Shown here piece after piece: positions 1-8,278 of a DNA stretch of 31,750 nt (positions are counted from its first letter, which is position 1; every line of letters starts with the position of its first letter). This stretch comes from an uncultured bacterium. GTDB lineage: Bacteria > Lernaellota > Lernaellaia > Lernaellales > Lernaellaceae. Where the stretch lies: positions 1-31,750 of the forward strand of contig CAZHPN010000059.1 in the NCBI GenBank assembly GCA_964534375.1, written 5' to 3'. The position numbers and the translations under genes are program-made. Under the pieces are notes generated by a model that saw only the letters and a program-made list of their open reading frames with translations, had not been told where the DNA came from and did not search any database.

Positions 1-1
1 G

Positions 2-697
2 CTCGCGAGCGGCAAATTCTGGTTCGTCCTGCAGGCCCGGATCTTCGATCAGATGGCGACGCCGATCGTTTCCGTTCTCGCGCTGCTCGCGTTGATTCTG
101 CCCGCGGCGCGCCGGCAGGCGGCGTTCGGCCTGGTGTGGCTGCTCGGCCCGGTGGTCTACGTGCTGCTGGTCCGCGACGGCAACTATATCCACAACTATT
201 ATCAGTTCCCGTTCATCGCGCCGTTCGCGATGCTCGCCGGCGTCGGCCTCGCGACGGCGGCCGAACGCTGGCCGGGGCGCTGGGTCGCCATCGTGCTCGT
301 CGCCTTCGCCGTCATGGCCGCGCTGTACGTGCGCACGTCGTTTTATCTCGACATGGCCAGCGTGCGCGCCGGCGAGCTGGCGCGGCAGTACAGCGCGCCG
401 AACGATTTGATCGTCGCTGTCGATCCGGGCGTCGACCGCAACAACCAGGTGATTTACGCCGCGCACCGCCGCGGCTGGCACTTCAACGACGTGCCGCCCG
501 ATTTGGTCGATGTCTATCGCCGGCGCGGCGCGAAATGGATCGCCGTCTGCCTCGACAAAGAACAAATGGCGAAGCATCCGGAATGGCGCGCCCGCCTCGG
601 CGGCCTGCCCCGCGTCGCCGCGGAAACCGGTTTTTGGGGCTCGCGCGGCGAATGGCATTTGGTCGAGTTGTATCGGCTGACGCCGACGGCGCGATAG
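2..697 (+). CDS. 5'-truncated polytopic membrane protein, probably GT-C (ArnT/PMT-like) glycosyltransferase C-terminal half
   Basis: Frame is open from base 2 (LASGKFWFVLQARIFDQM...). Several hydrophobic helices, an HNYYQFP loop motif, then a soluble tail with YAAHRRGW. Confidence 0.55.
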   Translation, partial: LASGKFWFVLQARIFDQMATPIVSVLALLALILPAARRQAAFGLVWLLGPVVYVLLVRDGNYIHNYYQFPFIAPFAMLAGVGLATAAERWPGRWVAIVLVAFAVMAALYVRTSFYLDMASVRAGELARQYSAPNDLIVAVDPGVDRNNQVIYAAHRRGWHFNDVPPDLVDVYRRRGAKWIAVCLDKEQMAKHPEWRARLGGLPRVAAETGFWGSRGEWHLVELYRLTPTAR

Positions 698-875
698 CCA
701 GACGAGGATTCCGCTGGAAATGTCGATTTTTTTGACAGGATCAACAGAATCAACGGGCTCGCTTCTTTTTGAAATGTTTTCTGAGCCTCTTGCAAAAATC
801 ACTTGCTGCATCTGCGAAAGCGAATTCGAGGGTTAAGCGAGATTAGTTGCTGACCCGACACCGACTGCGAGTCCT

Positions 876-943
876 CCCCTTTGGCCCCTCTCCGCGTCGG
901 GCAGGGGCGGAAAATTTCGGGAACCGAAATTTTCGGGGAGGGG
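876..943. repeat. Intergenic palindromic element
   Basis: Perfect 11-bp stem GAAAATTTCGG-gaa-CCGAAATTTTC (910-934) nested inside CCCCTCTCC...GGGGAGGGG arms; lies between convergent genes. Confidence 0.55.
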
Positions 944-1029
944 TCGGCGCGACGAGTCGCGCATTGGGCCGGTATTCGTGCAGAAGGCACAAGAATCAGA
1001 ATCATCGCCAAAATTTCATGCAGCCTCGG

Positions 1030-1410
1030 TCAGGACGGCAACTGATTCAGGCAGGCGTTGATCGCGTTCCACAACGCGACTTCGTTCGTGTAGTGCGCGC
1101 ATTGGATATTTTCGAGGCAGCCAAAGAAAGAATTGGCGTACGGATTGTTCGACGCGGCGAGTTGCCCGCAGAGGGCCAGCGTGTCGTTGTAAACCGCGGC
1201 GTCGGGAAAGCAGCCGCTCATACCGAAAAATTCGGCGGCGTAGCCGGCGCAGGCGCCGGCGGGCGCGGCATCGTCGTCGGCGGCGGCGTCGTCGTCGCCG
1301 GTGTTGCTCTCGTAATGAATCGTGGTGGTTCCCGCGTGATGACCGCCGCCGCACGCCAGGACGGCGCAAGCGAGAGCGATCGCCAGCGAGGCCGCGGCGG
1401 AATATTTCAC
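1030..1410 (-). CDS. Small Cys-rich lipoprotein
   Basis: GTG start overlaps the upstream TGA (GTGA). Signal peptide ends in lipobox VLA-C, followed by a GDDDAAADDD linker and six more Cys. Confidence 0.7.
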   Translation of the reverse strand: MKYSAAASLAIALACAVLACGGGHHAGTTTIHYESNTGDDDAAADDDAAPAGACAGYAAEFFGMSGCFPDAAVYNDTLALCGQLAASNNPYANSFFGCLENIQCAHYTNEVALWNAINACLNQLPS

Positions 1411-1880
1411 GCGTCCCTCCCCGCGAAGTCTCTGTGGAAGGCCAGCACCAGCACGCTGGCGCCCAGCAGCGAGCCGTCGCGCAGCAGATACCAATAGTTG
1501 ATCGTCGCCGTCCCTTTGGTGCTGAAGCAGCCGCAGTCGATGTTGAGGCCCTTGGCCAACGCCCACGACAGCGCGATCACGAACGAGAGATACATCAGCG
1601 AGGCGAGCAGCGCCGCGGCGTCCGTGACGCGGTCCAGCGGCCGCGGGCTGCGCAGGCCGATGACGAGCAGAACGCCGACGAGCAGTTCGGTCCAGGGCAG
1701 GACCATCGCCCACAGGTTGACCAGCGCCGTCGGCAGGAAATGGTAATTGTCGACGGCGGTCGCGAAGCCGGTCGAGTCGAGGATTTTCGGCGGCGCGGCA
1801 AGCAGAAACATCGCCGCCACCAGCAGCCGCAGCGGCAGCATGACAAACGGGGAGCCGAAAAAGGCGGCGAGCTTCTTCAT
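1407..1880 (-). CDS. MauE/DoxX-family membrane protein
   Basis: MKKLAAFF start overlaps the rhodanese stop (ATGA). Motifs LPWTELLVG, GLNIDCGCF and LLRD. Confidence 0.85.
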   Translation of the reverse strand: MKKLAAFFGSPFVMLPLRLLVAAMFLLAAPPKILDSTGFATAVDNYHFLPTALVNLWAMVLPWTELLVGVLLVIGLRSPRPLDRVTDAAALLASLMYLSFVIALSWALAKGLNIDCGCFSTKGTATINYWYLLRDGSLLGASVLVLAFHRDFAGRDA

Positions 1881-2383
1881 TTCTTGAACTCGTACAAAAT
1901 CACGCCGGCCGCCGGGTTGCCTTCGATGGGGTAGCCCGCCGCCGACCACTCGGGCCAGCCGCCGAAGAAGACGTAGACTTCGCGGTAACCGACGTTGCGC
2001 AGGGCGTCGGCGACCAACTGCGAGCTGTTGCAGCCCTCGCCGTTGCAATAGACGACCACCGGCGACGACGGCGGCACGCCCTGCATCGCCGCTTCCCACT
2101 GCTCGGCGGCGTGTTCGTAGTCGATGTGCCGCGCGCCGCGGATATGTCCCGCCGCGAATTCCTCGTTGTCGCGCGCATCGACGAAGACGACGCCCTGGTC
2201 GTAGAGCGTCTTGGCCCGCGCGAGCGTCAGCAGCGAACTGTCTGCGCCGGGACCCGCCGGCCGGATCAAGGGCAGACTTTTCGCCCGCAGCGCGTTGTGC
2301 GCCAACGCCGCGACGGCGGCCAGCGCAACGAGAATCGCCGCCGTGGCCGCGGTCCGGGCAAATTCGCGAATTCGCTTCGCCAT
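1877..2383 (-). CDS. Rhodanese-like domain protein with N-terminal membrane anchor
   Basis: FVDAR...EFAAGHIRGA, VVYCNGEGCNSS and VFFGGWPEW rhodanese signatures. Confidence 0.88.
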   Translation of the reverse strand: MAKRIREFARTAATAAILVALAAVAALAHNALRAKSLPLIRPAGPGADSSLLTLARAKTLYDQGVVFVDARDNEEFAAGHIRGARHIDYEHAAEQWEAAMQGVPPSSPVVVYCNGEGCNSSQLVADALRNVGYREVYVFFGGWPEWSAAGYPIEGNPAAGVILYEFKK

Positions 2384-2409
2384 CGCCGTCCCGTGAAAAT
2401 TGCAGAGGC

Positions 2410-2437
2410 AGTATAACCCGCCGATTTCCCATGGCAA
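2410..2437 (-). promoter_or_regulatory. Putative sigma70 promoter for rhodanese-MauE-lipoprotein operon
   Basis: TTGCCA-N16-TATACT on the minus strand, 26 nt upstream of the ATG at 2383. Confidence 0.45.
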
Positions 2438-2468
2438 GTTCGGCCGGCGCCGCCGCGGGCGGCAATGC

Positions 2469-2497
2469 TTGACAGTTCGGTTCTGGAAGTTTACACG
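2469..2497 (+). promoter_or_regulatory. Putative sigma70 promoter for NifU-ferredoxin
   Basis: TTGACA-N17-TACACG upstream of the ATG at 2541. Confidence 0.45.
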
Positions 2498-2540
2498 TAT
2501 GGGGCGCCCGGAGGGAAACAAGGGCGCAGAGGATGATTGC

Positions 2541-2765
2541 ATGAAAGAAAAAGTCGAGACCGTCATTTCCAAGATTCGGCCCTATCTGCAACGCGACGGC
2601 GGCGACATTGAGTTGATTGAAGTCGATGCCGAAAAGTTTCTGGTCAAAGTGCGGCTGCAAGGCGCCTGCCACGGCTGCCCCGGCGCGGCCATGACGCTCA
2701 AGTTGGGCGTCGAGCGGACGTTGCGCGAAGAAGTCGACGACAAGATTCAGGTCGTGACCGTCTGA
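2541..2765 (+). CDS. NifU/NfuA C-terminal-type Fe-S carrier protein
   Basis: IRPYLQRDGGDIEL and LQGACHGCPGAAMTLKLGVE (CxxC); AGAGGA RBS. Confidence 0.93.
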   Translation: MKEKVETVISKIRPYLQRDGGDIELIEVDAEKFLVKVRLQGACHGCPGAAMTLKLGVERTLREEVDDKIQVVTV

Positions 2766-2822
2766 TTTTTCGCCCCACCCGAATGGCGAACCCGATTCAC
2801 ACTACCGACGGAGGAAAGTGAG

Positions 2823-2990
2823 ATGACCCATAAGATCACCGACGAATGCATCGCCTGCGGCTCCTGCGCCGCCGAATGCCCCGCCGACGCGATCACCGAA
2901 GGCGAACCCTATGTGATCGATCCGAAAAAGTGCACGGACTGCGGCGCCTGCGCCGACGTCTGCCCGGTCGAGGCCGCCCAGCCGGCCTAA
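2823..2990 (+). CDS. 2[4Fe-4S] clostridial-type ferredoxin, 55 aa (absent from ORF track)
   Basis: Hand translation: [55 protein letters not shown]. Two CxxCxxCxxxCP motifs; GGAGG RBS. Confidence 0.95.
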   Translation: MTHKITDECIACGSCAAECPADAITEGEPYVIDPKKCTDCGACADVCPVEAAQPA

Positions 2991-3023
2991 CGCGGCGGGC
3001 AAGCTCGTTCGGAAAACACAGTC

Positions 3024-3064
3024 AACGCGGCGGCGCGTCCGAACGCCCCGCCGCGTTTCGTTTA
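3024..3064 (+). terminator. Intrinsic terminator (possibly bidirectional)
   Basis: AACGCGGCGGCGCGT-ccga-ACGCCCCGCCGCGTT stem followed by TCGTTT, between convergent genes. Confidence 0.65.
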
Positions 3065-3074
3065 ACGGCGCGCG

Positions 3075-3347
3075 TCAGTTGGCCTGGAACGTGCCGCCCG
3101 CGCTGATCCGCCCGTAGTAGGCCACCTGGCCTTTCGCATCCGAGCCGAGGCCGCCGGTCGTCCAATACTGCCACAGATAAACCGTACGGCCGTCGTCGCT
3201 GTGCGTCGAGAACCAGTTCTTGCCTTCGACGACGTCGGCCCGCGCCGGCCGCGGATTGGCCAGCCAACCGGCCACCGTAAAGATCAAGTTGGCGGTGAGC
3301 AGCACGGCCACGATGACTAACAGAGCATGCGTCCGCTTGGTGTGCAT
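3075..3347 (-). CDS. Small exported/membrane-anchored hypothetical protein
   Basis: AGGAGG RBS; MHTKRTHALLVIVAVLL... hydrophobic N-terminus with ARA-D cleavage-like site. Confidence 0.7.
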   Translation of the reverse strand: MHTKRTHALLVIVAVLLTANLIFTVAGWLANPRPARADVVEGKNWFSTHSDDGRTVYLWQYWTTGGLGSDAKGQVAYYGRISAGGTFQAN

Positions 3348-3471
3348 TTCGATCCTCCTGTGGATTGCTGTTGCGGCGTTATCGTCGGCAAGTTTGCGGC
3401 CGTTGTCCAGGGGCGGCCGGCGTGAGAAATAGCCGTGCGTCCCTGCGGCGCGAGACGCCCTCACGACCCCG

Positions 3472-4677
3472 CTAAAATTCGATCCGGCCCTGCGGCTTGT
3501 AGCCGAGTTCGCGGAAGGCGCGGGTGATGTCGAGCAAGGCCGTGTATTTGTGCCGGTCTTTGTCGACGCTGTAGTAATACTCGGTGAGGCCGAGTTTGCG
3601 TTGCACGAAATTGACCATCGGCAGCATCGGCCCGGGCAGGCTGAACACGCGGCGGCCGTTGAGTTCGGCGAACAGTGAAATCGGCGCGGTGTCGCGGCCG
3701 GCGATGTTGTAGATGCCCTGGATGTTTTTTTCGAGGGCGAGCGTGATCGACTGAATCACGTCTTTCATGTGCAGCAGGTTGACCAGCGGGTTGAAGCCCA
3801 GCGTCTTGATCACCGGCTTGGAATCGAAATACGAGTTGAACTGGCCGGAGATGTTGCGGCCGATGATGTTGCTCATGCGCAGAATGACGATCTTGACGCC
3901 GCCGTTGTCCATGAAGCTGCGGCAGATCATGTCGGCGTCGACGCGGTCCTTGATCCACTGGTCGGCGTCGGGATCGAAATTGAGCGGCGCGTTCTCGTCG
4001 AGGTAGATCGGGTTGTGAGGCGTCAACTTGTACACGACGTCCGAACTCTTGAAGACGAACTTGGTGATGCCCGGGGTGTCGAGGCATTGCCGGAGAAGGT
4101 CGCGCGTGCCTTCGACGTTCAACCGGTGAATGTTCTCGCCGCGCAGCGGCTGGTTGTGAAACGCGAGGTGGACGACGGCGTTGATCTTCGCGGCGCGAAA
4201 GGTCGACGAGAGAAACAGGTTTTTCAATTCGCGCGATTTGAGGATGTTGCAGCGGCGGTAGATAAATTTGTCCTTCGGCAGGTCGTTGAAGTAGTACGGC
4301 TTGTCGCGCATCGCGACGCCGACAATCACCCCGACGCGCCGGTTGTTGATCAGGTGCATCGTCAGGTTGCGGCCGATGCTGGTCGTCACCCCCGTGATCA
4401 GCACGTTGAGCTGCCGCTGGCCGCCGCGGGCCGGGCGCGGCGGTTTCTTCTCGCGTTTCGCCGGTCCGTCGCCGGCCGGCGGCCTGGCCTCCGCGGCCGG
4501 GGCCGGTTTCGGTTTCGGTTCCGACCGGTGCGCCGGCCGCGCGGGCGCCCGATTGACGGGTCCGCCGTTGGTGGGCGTGGGGCGCGCGGCGCGAAATTCG
4601 CCGATCAGCGTGTGCGACGGCTTGTCCAGCAGATTCGTCATCAACGGTTCCGGCGTGCTGCCCGGTTCGCGCGACAT
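3472..4677 (-). CDS. NAD-dependent epimerase/dehydratase-fold (extended SDR) protein with atypical active site
   Basis: NVLITGVTTSIG, AVVHLAF, NVEGT, FVFKSS, LHMKDV and GIYNIAG; ~85-aa Pro/Arg-rich N-terminal extension. Confidence 0.8.
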   Translation of the reverse strand: MSREPGSTPEPLMTNLLDKPSHTLIGEFRAARPTPTNGGPVNRAPARPAHRSEPKPKPAPAAEARPPAGDGPAKREKKPPRPARGGQRQLNVLITGVTTSIGRNLTMHLINNRRVGVIVGVAMRDKPYYFNDLPKDKFIYRRCNILKSRELKNLFLSSTFRAAKINAVVHLAFHNQPLRGENIHRLNVEGTRDLLRQCLDTPGITKFVFKSSDVVYKLTPHNPIYLDENAPLNFDPDADQWIKDRVDADMICRSFMDNGGVKIVILRMSNIIGRNISGQFNSYFDSKPVIKTLGFNPLVNLLHMKDVIQSITLALEKNIQGIYNIAGRDTAPISLFAELNGRRVFSLPGPMLPMVNFVQRKLGLTEYYYSVDKDRHKYTALLDITRAFRELGYKPQGRIEF

Positions 4678-4680
4678 CTG

Positions 4681-5568
4681 TCATCCCTCCCCGAGACCGA
4701 ATACGCTCGCGCGTTGTTCGAGCCCTCTGTTGATCATGTCCTGCATCACGAGTTTGACCTTGTCGGCCAGCGCGGTCACCGCTTCCGGATCCTCCAGCGT
4801 GCGCACGTCGTGCTCGCGGTAGAAGTGGATCGGCTCGCCGTAGTAAATGTGATATTTGACCGGCAGCGGCAGCAGGCCCAGCGGCCCGAACCAGGGGAAA
4901 AACGGCGTGACCGGCATATACGGGAAGCCGAACGCGCGGGCCAGCGGCTTGAGGTTGCCGATGATCGGCAGTTGCTCTTCGGCGCCGATGAGCACCGTCG
5001 GCACGATCGGCGCACGGTGCGTGAGCGACAGCTCGATGAAGCCGACGCCGAAACGCATCAGGTTGTACCGTCGCGAAAACGGCTTGCCGAGGCCGCGCGT
5101 CCCTTCCGGCCACACGCCGACCAGTTCGCCGGCGTGCAGCAAATCCTGCACGTTGCGGCGATGGCCGATGACCTGCCCGACGCGGTAAAAGAAAACGTTG
5201 ACGAAGGGCAGGAAGCCGGCGAAGTTGTCGACGATCGTCCGCAACGGACGCGGCTTGACCATGTTCATCGCCACGTCGACCGCGGTCATCGCCGCGTCGA
5301 TCGGCAGCGCGCCCGAGTGATTCGAAACGATCAGCCCCGGGCCCTCGGTCGGGATATTCTCGTGGCCTTCGCTCGCCACCCGGAAATAATATTTATGGAG
5401 ATAGCGCGCCAGGCCGTAGGCGAGGATCGTCGATTCCTTTTCCATGCCGAATTGATCGAAGCCGAAGCCCAAATCGTGCACATCGATGGACTCCATGCGC
5501 TCGAACTCGTCCGGCGGCATGAGCTTGCGCGCCCATTCCAACGCTCTCGCGCGCTGACGCTGGTTCAT
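4681..5568 (-). CDS. Lysophospholipid/glycerol acyltransferase-family protein
   Basis: GFDQFG, LIVSNHSGALPIDA, VWPEGTRG, GFIELSL and APIVP motifs. Confidence 0.88.
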   Translation of the reverse strand: MNQRQRARALEWARKLMPPDEFERMESIDVHDLGFGFDQFGMEKESTILAYGLARYLHKYYFRVASEGHENIPTEGPGLIVSNHSGALPIDAAMTAVDVAMNMVKPRPLRTIVDNFAGFLPFVNVFFYRVGQVIGHRRNVQDLLHAGELVGVWPEGTRGLGKPFSRRYNLMRFGVGFIELSLTHRAPIVPTVLIGAEEQLPIIGNLKPLARAFGFPYMPVTPFFPWFGPLGLLPLPVKYHIYYGEPIHFYREHDVRTLEDPEAVTALADKVKLVMQDMINRGLEQRASVFGLGEG

Positions 5569-5609
5569 CCGTCCCCCGAAGTCATTATGCAGAAATCCTG
5601 TTGGGTTAA

Positions 5610-5638
5610 CTAATAGTCGCGCGGCCCGCGGATGTCAA
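5610..5638 (-). promoter_or_regulatory. Putative sigma70 promoter for acyltransferase-SDR
   Basis: TTGACA-N17-TATTAG on the minus strand. Confidence 0.4.
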
Positions 5639-5677
5639 TGCAAGCGCGCGGCGGGCGCCGGGCTAGGCGGTCCGGGT

Positions 5678-6022
5678 TCACTTCACGAGAGCGATTAGCA
5701 GCACGACAAACCCGATCACGGCGATCGTCCCATGAACGACGATCGACGAGACGGGCAGCGGGGCTTTCCGCAAATAGATCGAGAACAAATAGAACCCGCC
5801 GAGTGCGGCGAGCACGAACAAAATCAGCGCCGCGGCGCCGAGCCCGCCGATCCCTTGCCCCACGGCGACCAGCAGCACCACCAGGCCGAGGCCGGCGAAG
5901 GCGCCGTGGGCCGCCGCTAGCGACAACGGAATTGGTTTATCGCCCAACCGGCGAGAAACCATAGTCGCTCCGAGGACCGCGGCGACCGCGAACAGAATCA
6001 AGGCGACGCCAACGAGAGCCAT
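5678..6022 (-). CDS. Small four-helix membrane protein with two intramembrane HG motifs
   Basis: GGAGG RBS; internally duplicated halves (AAAHGAFA and IVVHGTIA). Confidence 0.75.
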   Translation of the reverse strand: MALVGVALILFAVAAVLGATMVSRRLGDKPIPLSLAAAHGAFAGLGLVVLLVAVGQGIGGLGAAALILFVLAALGGFYLFSIYLRKAPLPVSSIVVHGTIAVIGFVVLLIALVK

Positions 6023-6065
6023 GATCGATTTCCTCCCGCCAATTCCGATGTTTTCCGCTTGCGCG

Positions 6066-6145
6066 GGCCGCCATCCAACGGCGAGCCAAACGTAAGCAGT
6101 GGGTGGAACGAAATCAACCGCCGGCCGTGATGGCGGCCAACCTAC
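6066..6145. repeat. REP-like inverted repeat with GTAG foot
   Basis: GGCCGCCATC (6066-6075) / GATGGCGGCC (6129-6138); CCTAC at 6141-6145 reads GTAGG on the minus strand. Confidence 0.5.
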
Positions 6146-6361
6146 ACGGCAAGCGCCTCGGCTAATCAACTCATCCCCTGAACAATGGCCAATGGCGAAT
6201 GGCGAGTTGCCGGCGCCGCCCGAATTTCCCGTTTTCCATTCAACATTCTACATTCCGGATTGCGCTCTTCCAAAGCTGTGAGATCAAGGCTGCCGGTGGT
6301 TGGCAGGCGGAGGCCTAATTTATCGACGGTTTCAGTCGGACTTCTACGCTGCACACGGGGC

Positions 6362-6406
6362 GAACCTATGGGTCCTCTCGGTCCCATAAGTCCTATCGGC
6401 CCTGTG
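6362..6406. repeat. Degenerate 9-bp tandem repeat
   Basis: gaacctatg ggtcctctc ggtcccata agtcctatc ggccctgtg; reverse complement resembles the TATAGGACG array at 31449. Confidence 0.5.
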
Positions 6407-6428
6407 CCGCCGCTCGCACGATGACCTC

Positions 6429-6468
6429 AAACAAACTGCGCCGCCCTGCCCTACGGCAAGGCGGCGCA
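6429..6468 (-). terminator. Likely terminator of the acyl-CoA ligase
   Basis: TGCGCCGCC...GGCGGCGCA stem followed by GTTTGTTT on the minus strand, ~20 nt after the stop. Confidence 0.55.
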
Positions 6469-6489
6469 ATGGGAACGGCGACGGCGGCG

Positions 6490-8235
6490 TCAGTTCGCCG
6501 ACTTGTATTTCTTGTAAATCGGGTCGTTTTCCTGCAGCACGCGGCGCAGGACCTTGCCGACCATGGTCTTCGGCAACTCGTCGATGAACTCGACGTAGCG
6601 CGGCACCTTGTAGTGCGTGAAGTTCTGCTTGGCCCATTCGACGATGGCCTCGGGCGTCACCTTGCCCTTGAATTCCGGCCGCAGGACCATCCACGCTTTG
6701 ATGATCTCGCCGGCTTCGGGGTCCGGCAGGCCGGACACGGCAACTTCGAGCGCCGATTCGTGGCCCAGAAGCATCGTCTCGATTTCGGTCGGGAAGACGC
6801 TGTAGCCGCGCACCTTGATGAGTTGTTTCTTGCGGTCTTCGATCGTGATGCGGCCGCATTCGTCCATGCGCCCGATGTCGCCGGTCAGCAGCCAACGTTT
6901 GCCGTCGGCGAGCGTGACGACCGTTTCGGCGGTTTCGTCGGGATTGTTCAGATAGCCGACCATCACCTGCGGGCCGGCGACGGCGATCTCGCCCGGCTGG
7001 CCTTGCGGCAGTTCCTTCGCGGCGTCGGCCGGATCGACGATCTTCCATTCGGTGCCCGGGAACGGCAGGCCGATCGTGCCGATCTTGCGATTACCCCAGA
7101 ACGGCCCGGCCGAGATGACCGGCGACGCTTCCGACAGGCCGTAGCCCTCGACCAGCCGCGCGCCGGTCACCGCTTCGAATTTCTCTTGCACCGGCCGGTG
7201 CAACGGGCCCGCGCCCGAAACGCACAGCGAAATCTTGCCCGACAGATTGTAATTCTTGATCTCAGGCCATTCCGCCAGGCGCTGGAAGAGCACCTCGGCG
7301 CCGACATAGAAGCTGCCCTCGGGCGGCCCGACGCGCAGGATCGTCTCGATCAGTTCCTTTTCCTTCGGCGGCCGCGGGAAGAGCATCATCATCCCGCCGA
7401 AGCTGACGGCGATATTCATCACGCAGGTCATCGCGAACGAGTGGAACAGCGGCAGCACGCCGATCGGCGAGGCGCCCGGCGTCGTCTTATACAGCCACAG
7501 GCGCGACTGCACGCAATTCGAAACGCAATTGAAGTGCGAGAGCACGGCGGCCTTCGGCACGCCGGTCGTGCCGCCGGTCATGATGTACGTGGCGATGTCG
7601 TCGGCCGAGAGATCGACCTTCGGCAAGGCGGGCGCCGTCTTCAGCAGGTCAATGAGCCGCAAACTGCCCGCCGGCGGCGGGGCGGTCGGAATCTTGTTGA
7701 GTTTCTTGCCGATCCATTTCTTGAGGCCGGACATAGCCGCCAGATCGGCGACGTTGGTGACGATAACGTGTTTGATCGCCGTTTCGGCGACGATCGGCGC
7801 GATCGTCCCTTCGTACAGGACGTCGAGCACGACGATGGCTTTCGCGCCGGTCATCTGCAGTTGGTTCTTGACCTCGCCCGGCTTGTAGGTCGGGTTGACG
7901 CCGGTGACGATCAGTCCGAGCTTCGCGCACGCGTAGTAGCTGACCACGTACTGGAAACTGTTGGGCAGCATCAGCGCCAGCACGTCGCCCTTCTTGAGGC
8001 CGAGGCCAGCCAACGCCGTGGCGAACCGATTGACACGTTCGTTGAGCTGCACAAAGGTCATCGTCGAGTCGAGGAACCAAATCGCCTTGTTGTTGGGATA
8101 CGCCCGCACGGTGCGCTCCAACATTTCGCCCAAAGTGACTTTCTCGAATTCGACGTTCTTCGGCACTTCGTCGGGCCAACCCGCCTCTTTCGAGAACCAC
8201 GGCCGCGACTCGTCGACAAAATATGGATTGCTCAT
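6490..8235 (-). CDS. fadD: Long-chain fatty acid-CoA ligase (AMP-binding)
   Basis: MTGGTTGVPKA P-loop, VEGYGLSEASP, GPQVMVGY, TGDIG, DRKKQLI and LPKTMVGKVLRR. Confidence 0.9.
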   Translation of the reverse strand: MSNPYFVDESRPWFSKEAGWPDEVPKNVEFEKVTLGEMLERTVRAYPNNKAIWFLDSTMTFVQLNERVNRFATALAGLGLKKGDVLALMLPNSFQYVVSYYACAKLGLIVTGVNPTYKPGEVKNQLQMTGAKAIVVLDVLYEGTIAPIVAETAIKHVIVTNVADLAAMSGLKKWIGKKLNKIPTAPPPAGSLRLIDLLKTAPALPKVDLSADDIATYIMTGGTTGVPKAAVLSHFNCVSNCVQSRLWLYKTTPGASPIGVLPLFHSFAMTCVMNIAVSFGGMMMLFPRPPKEKELIETILRVGPPEGSFYVGAEVLFQRLAEWPEIKNYNLSGKISLCVSGAGPLHRPVQEKFEAVTGARLVEGYGLSEASPVISAGPFWGNRKIGTIGLPFPGTEWKIVDPADAAKELPQGQPGEIAVAGPQVMVGYLNNPDETAETVVTLADGKRWLLTGDIGRMDECGRITIEDRKKQLIKVRGYSVFPTEIETMLLGHESALEVAVSGLPDPEAGEIIKAWMVLRPEFKGKVTPEAIVEWAKQNFTHYKVPRYVEFIDELPKTMVGKVLRRVLQENDPIYKKYKSAN

Positions 8236-8278
8236 TCGTCTTACCCCCCGCGGAGGCGTCGGACGCCTCCGATAAATT

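Noticed and set aside
2846..3106. 86-aa ORF in the track
   Set aside because: Out-of-frame shadow of the real ferredoxin at 2823-2990.
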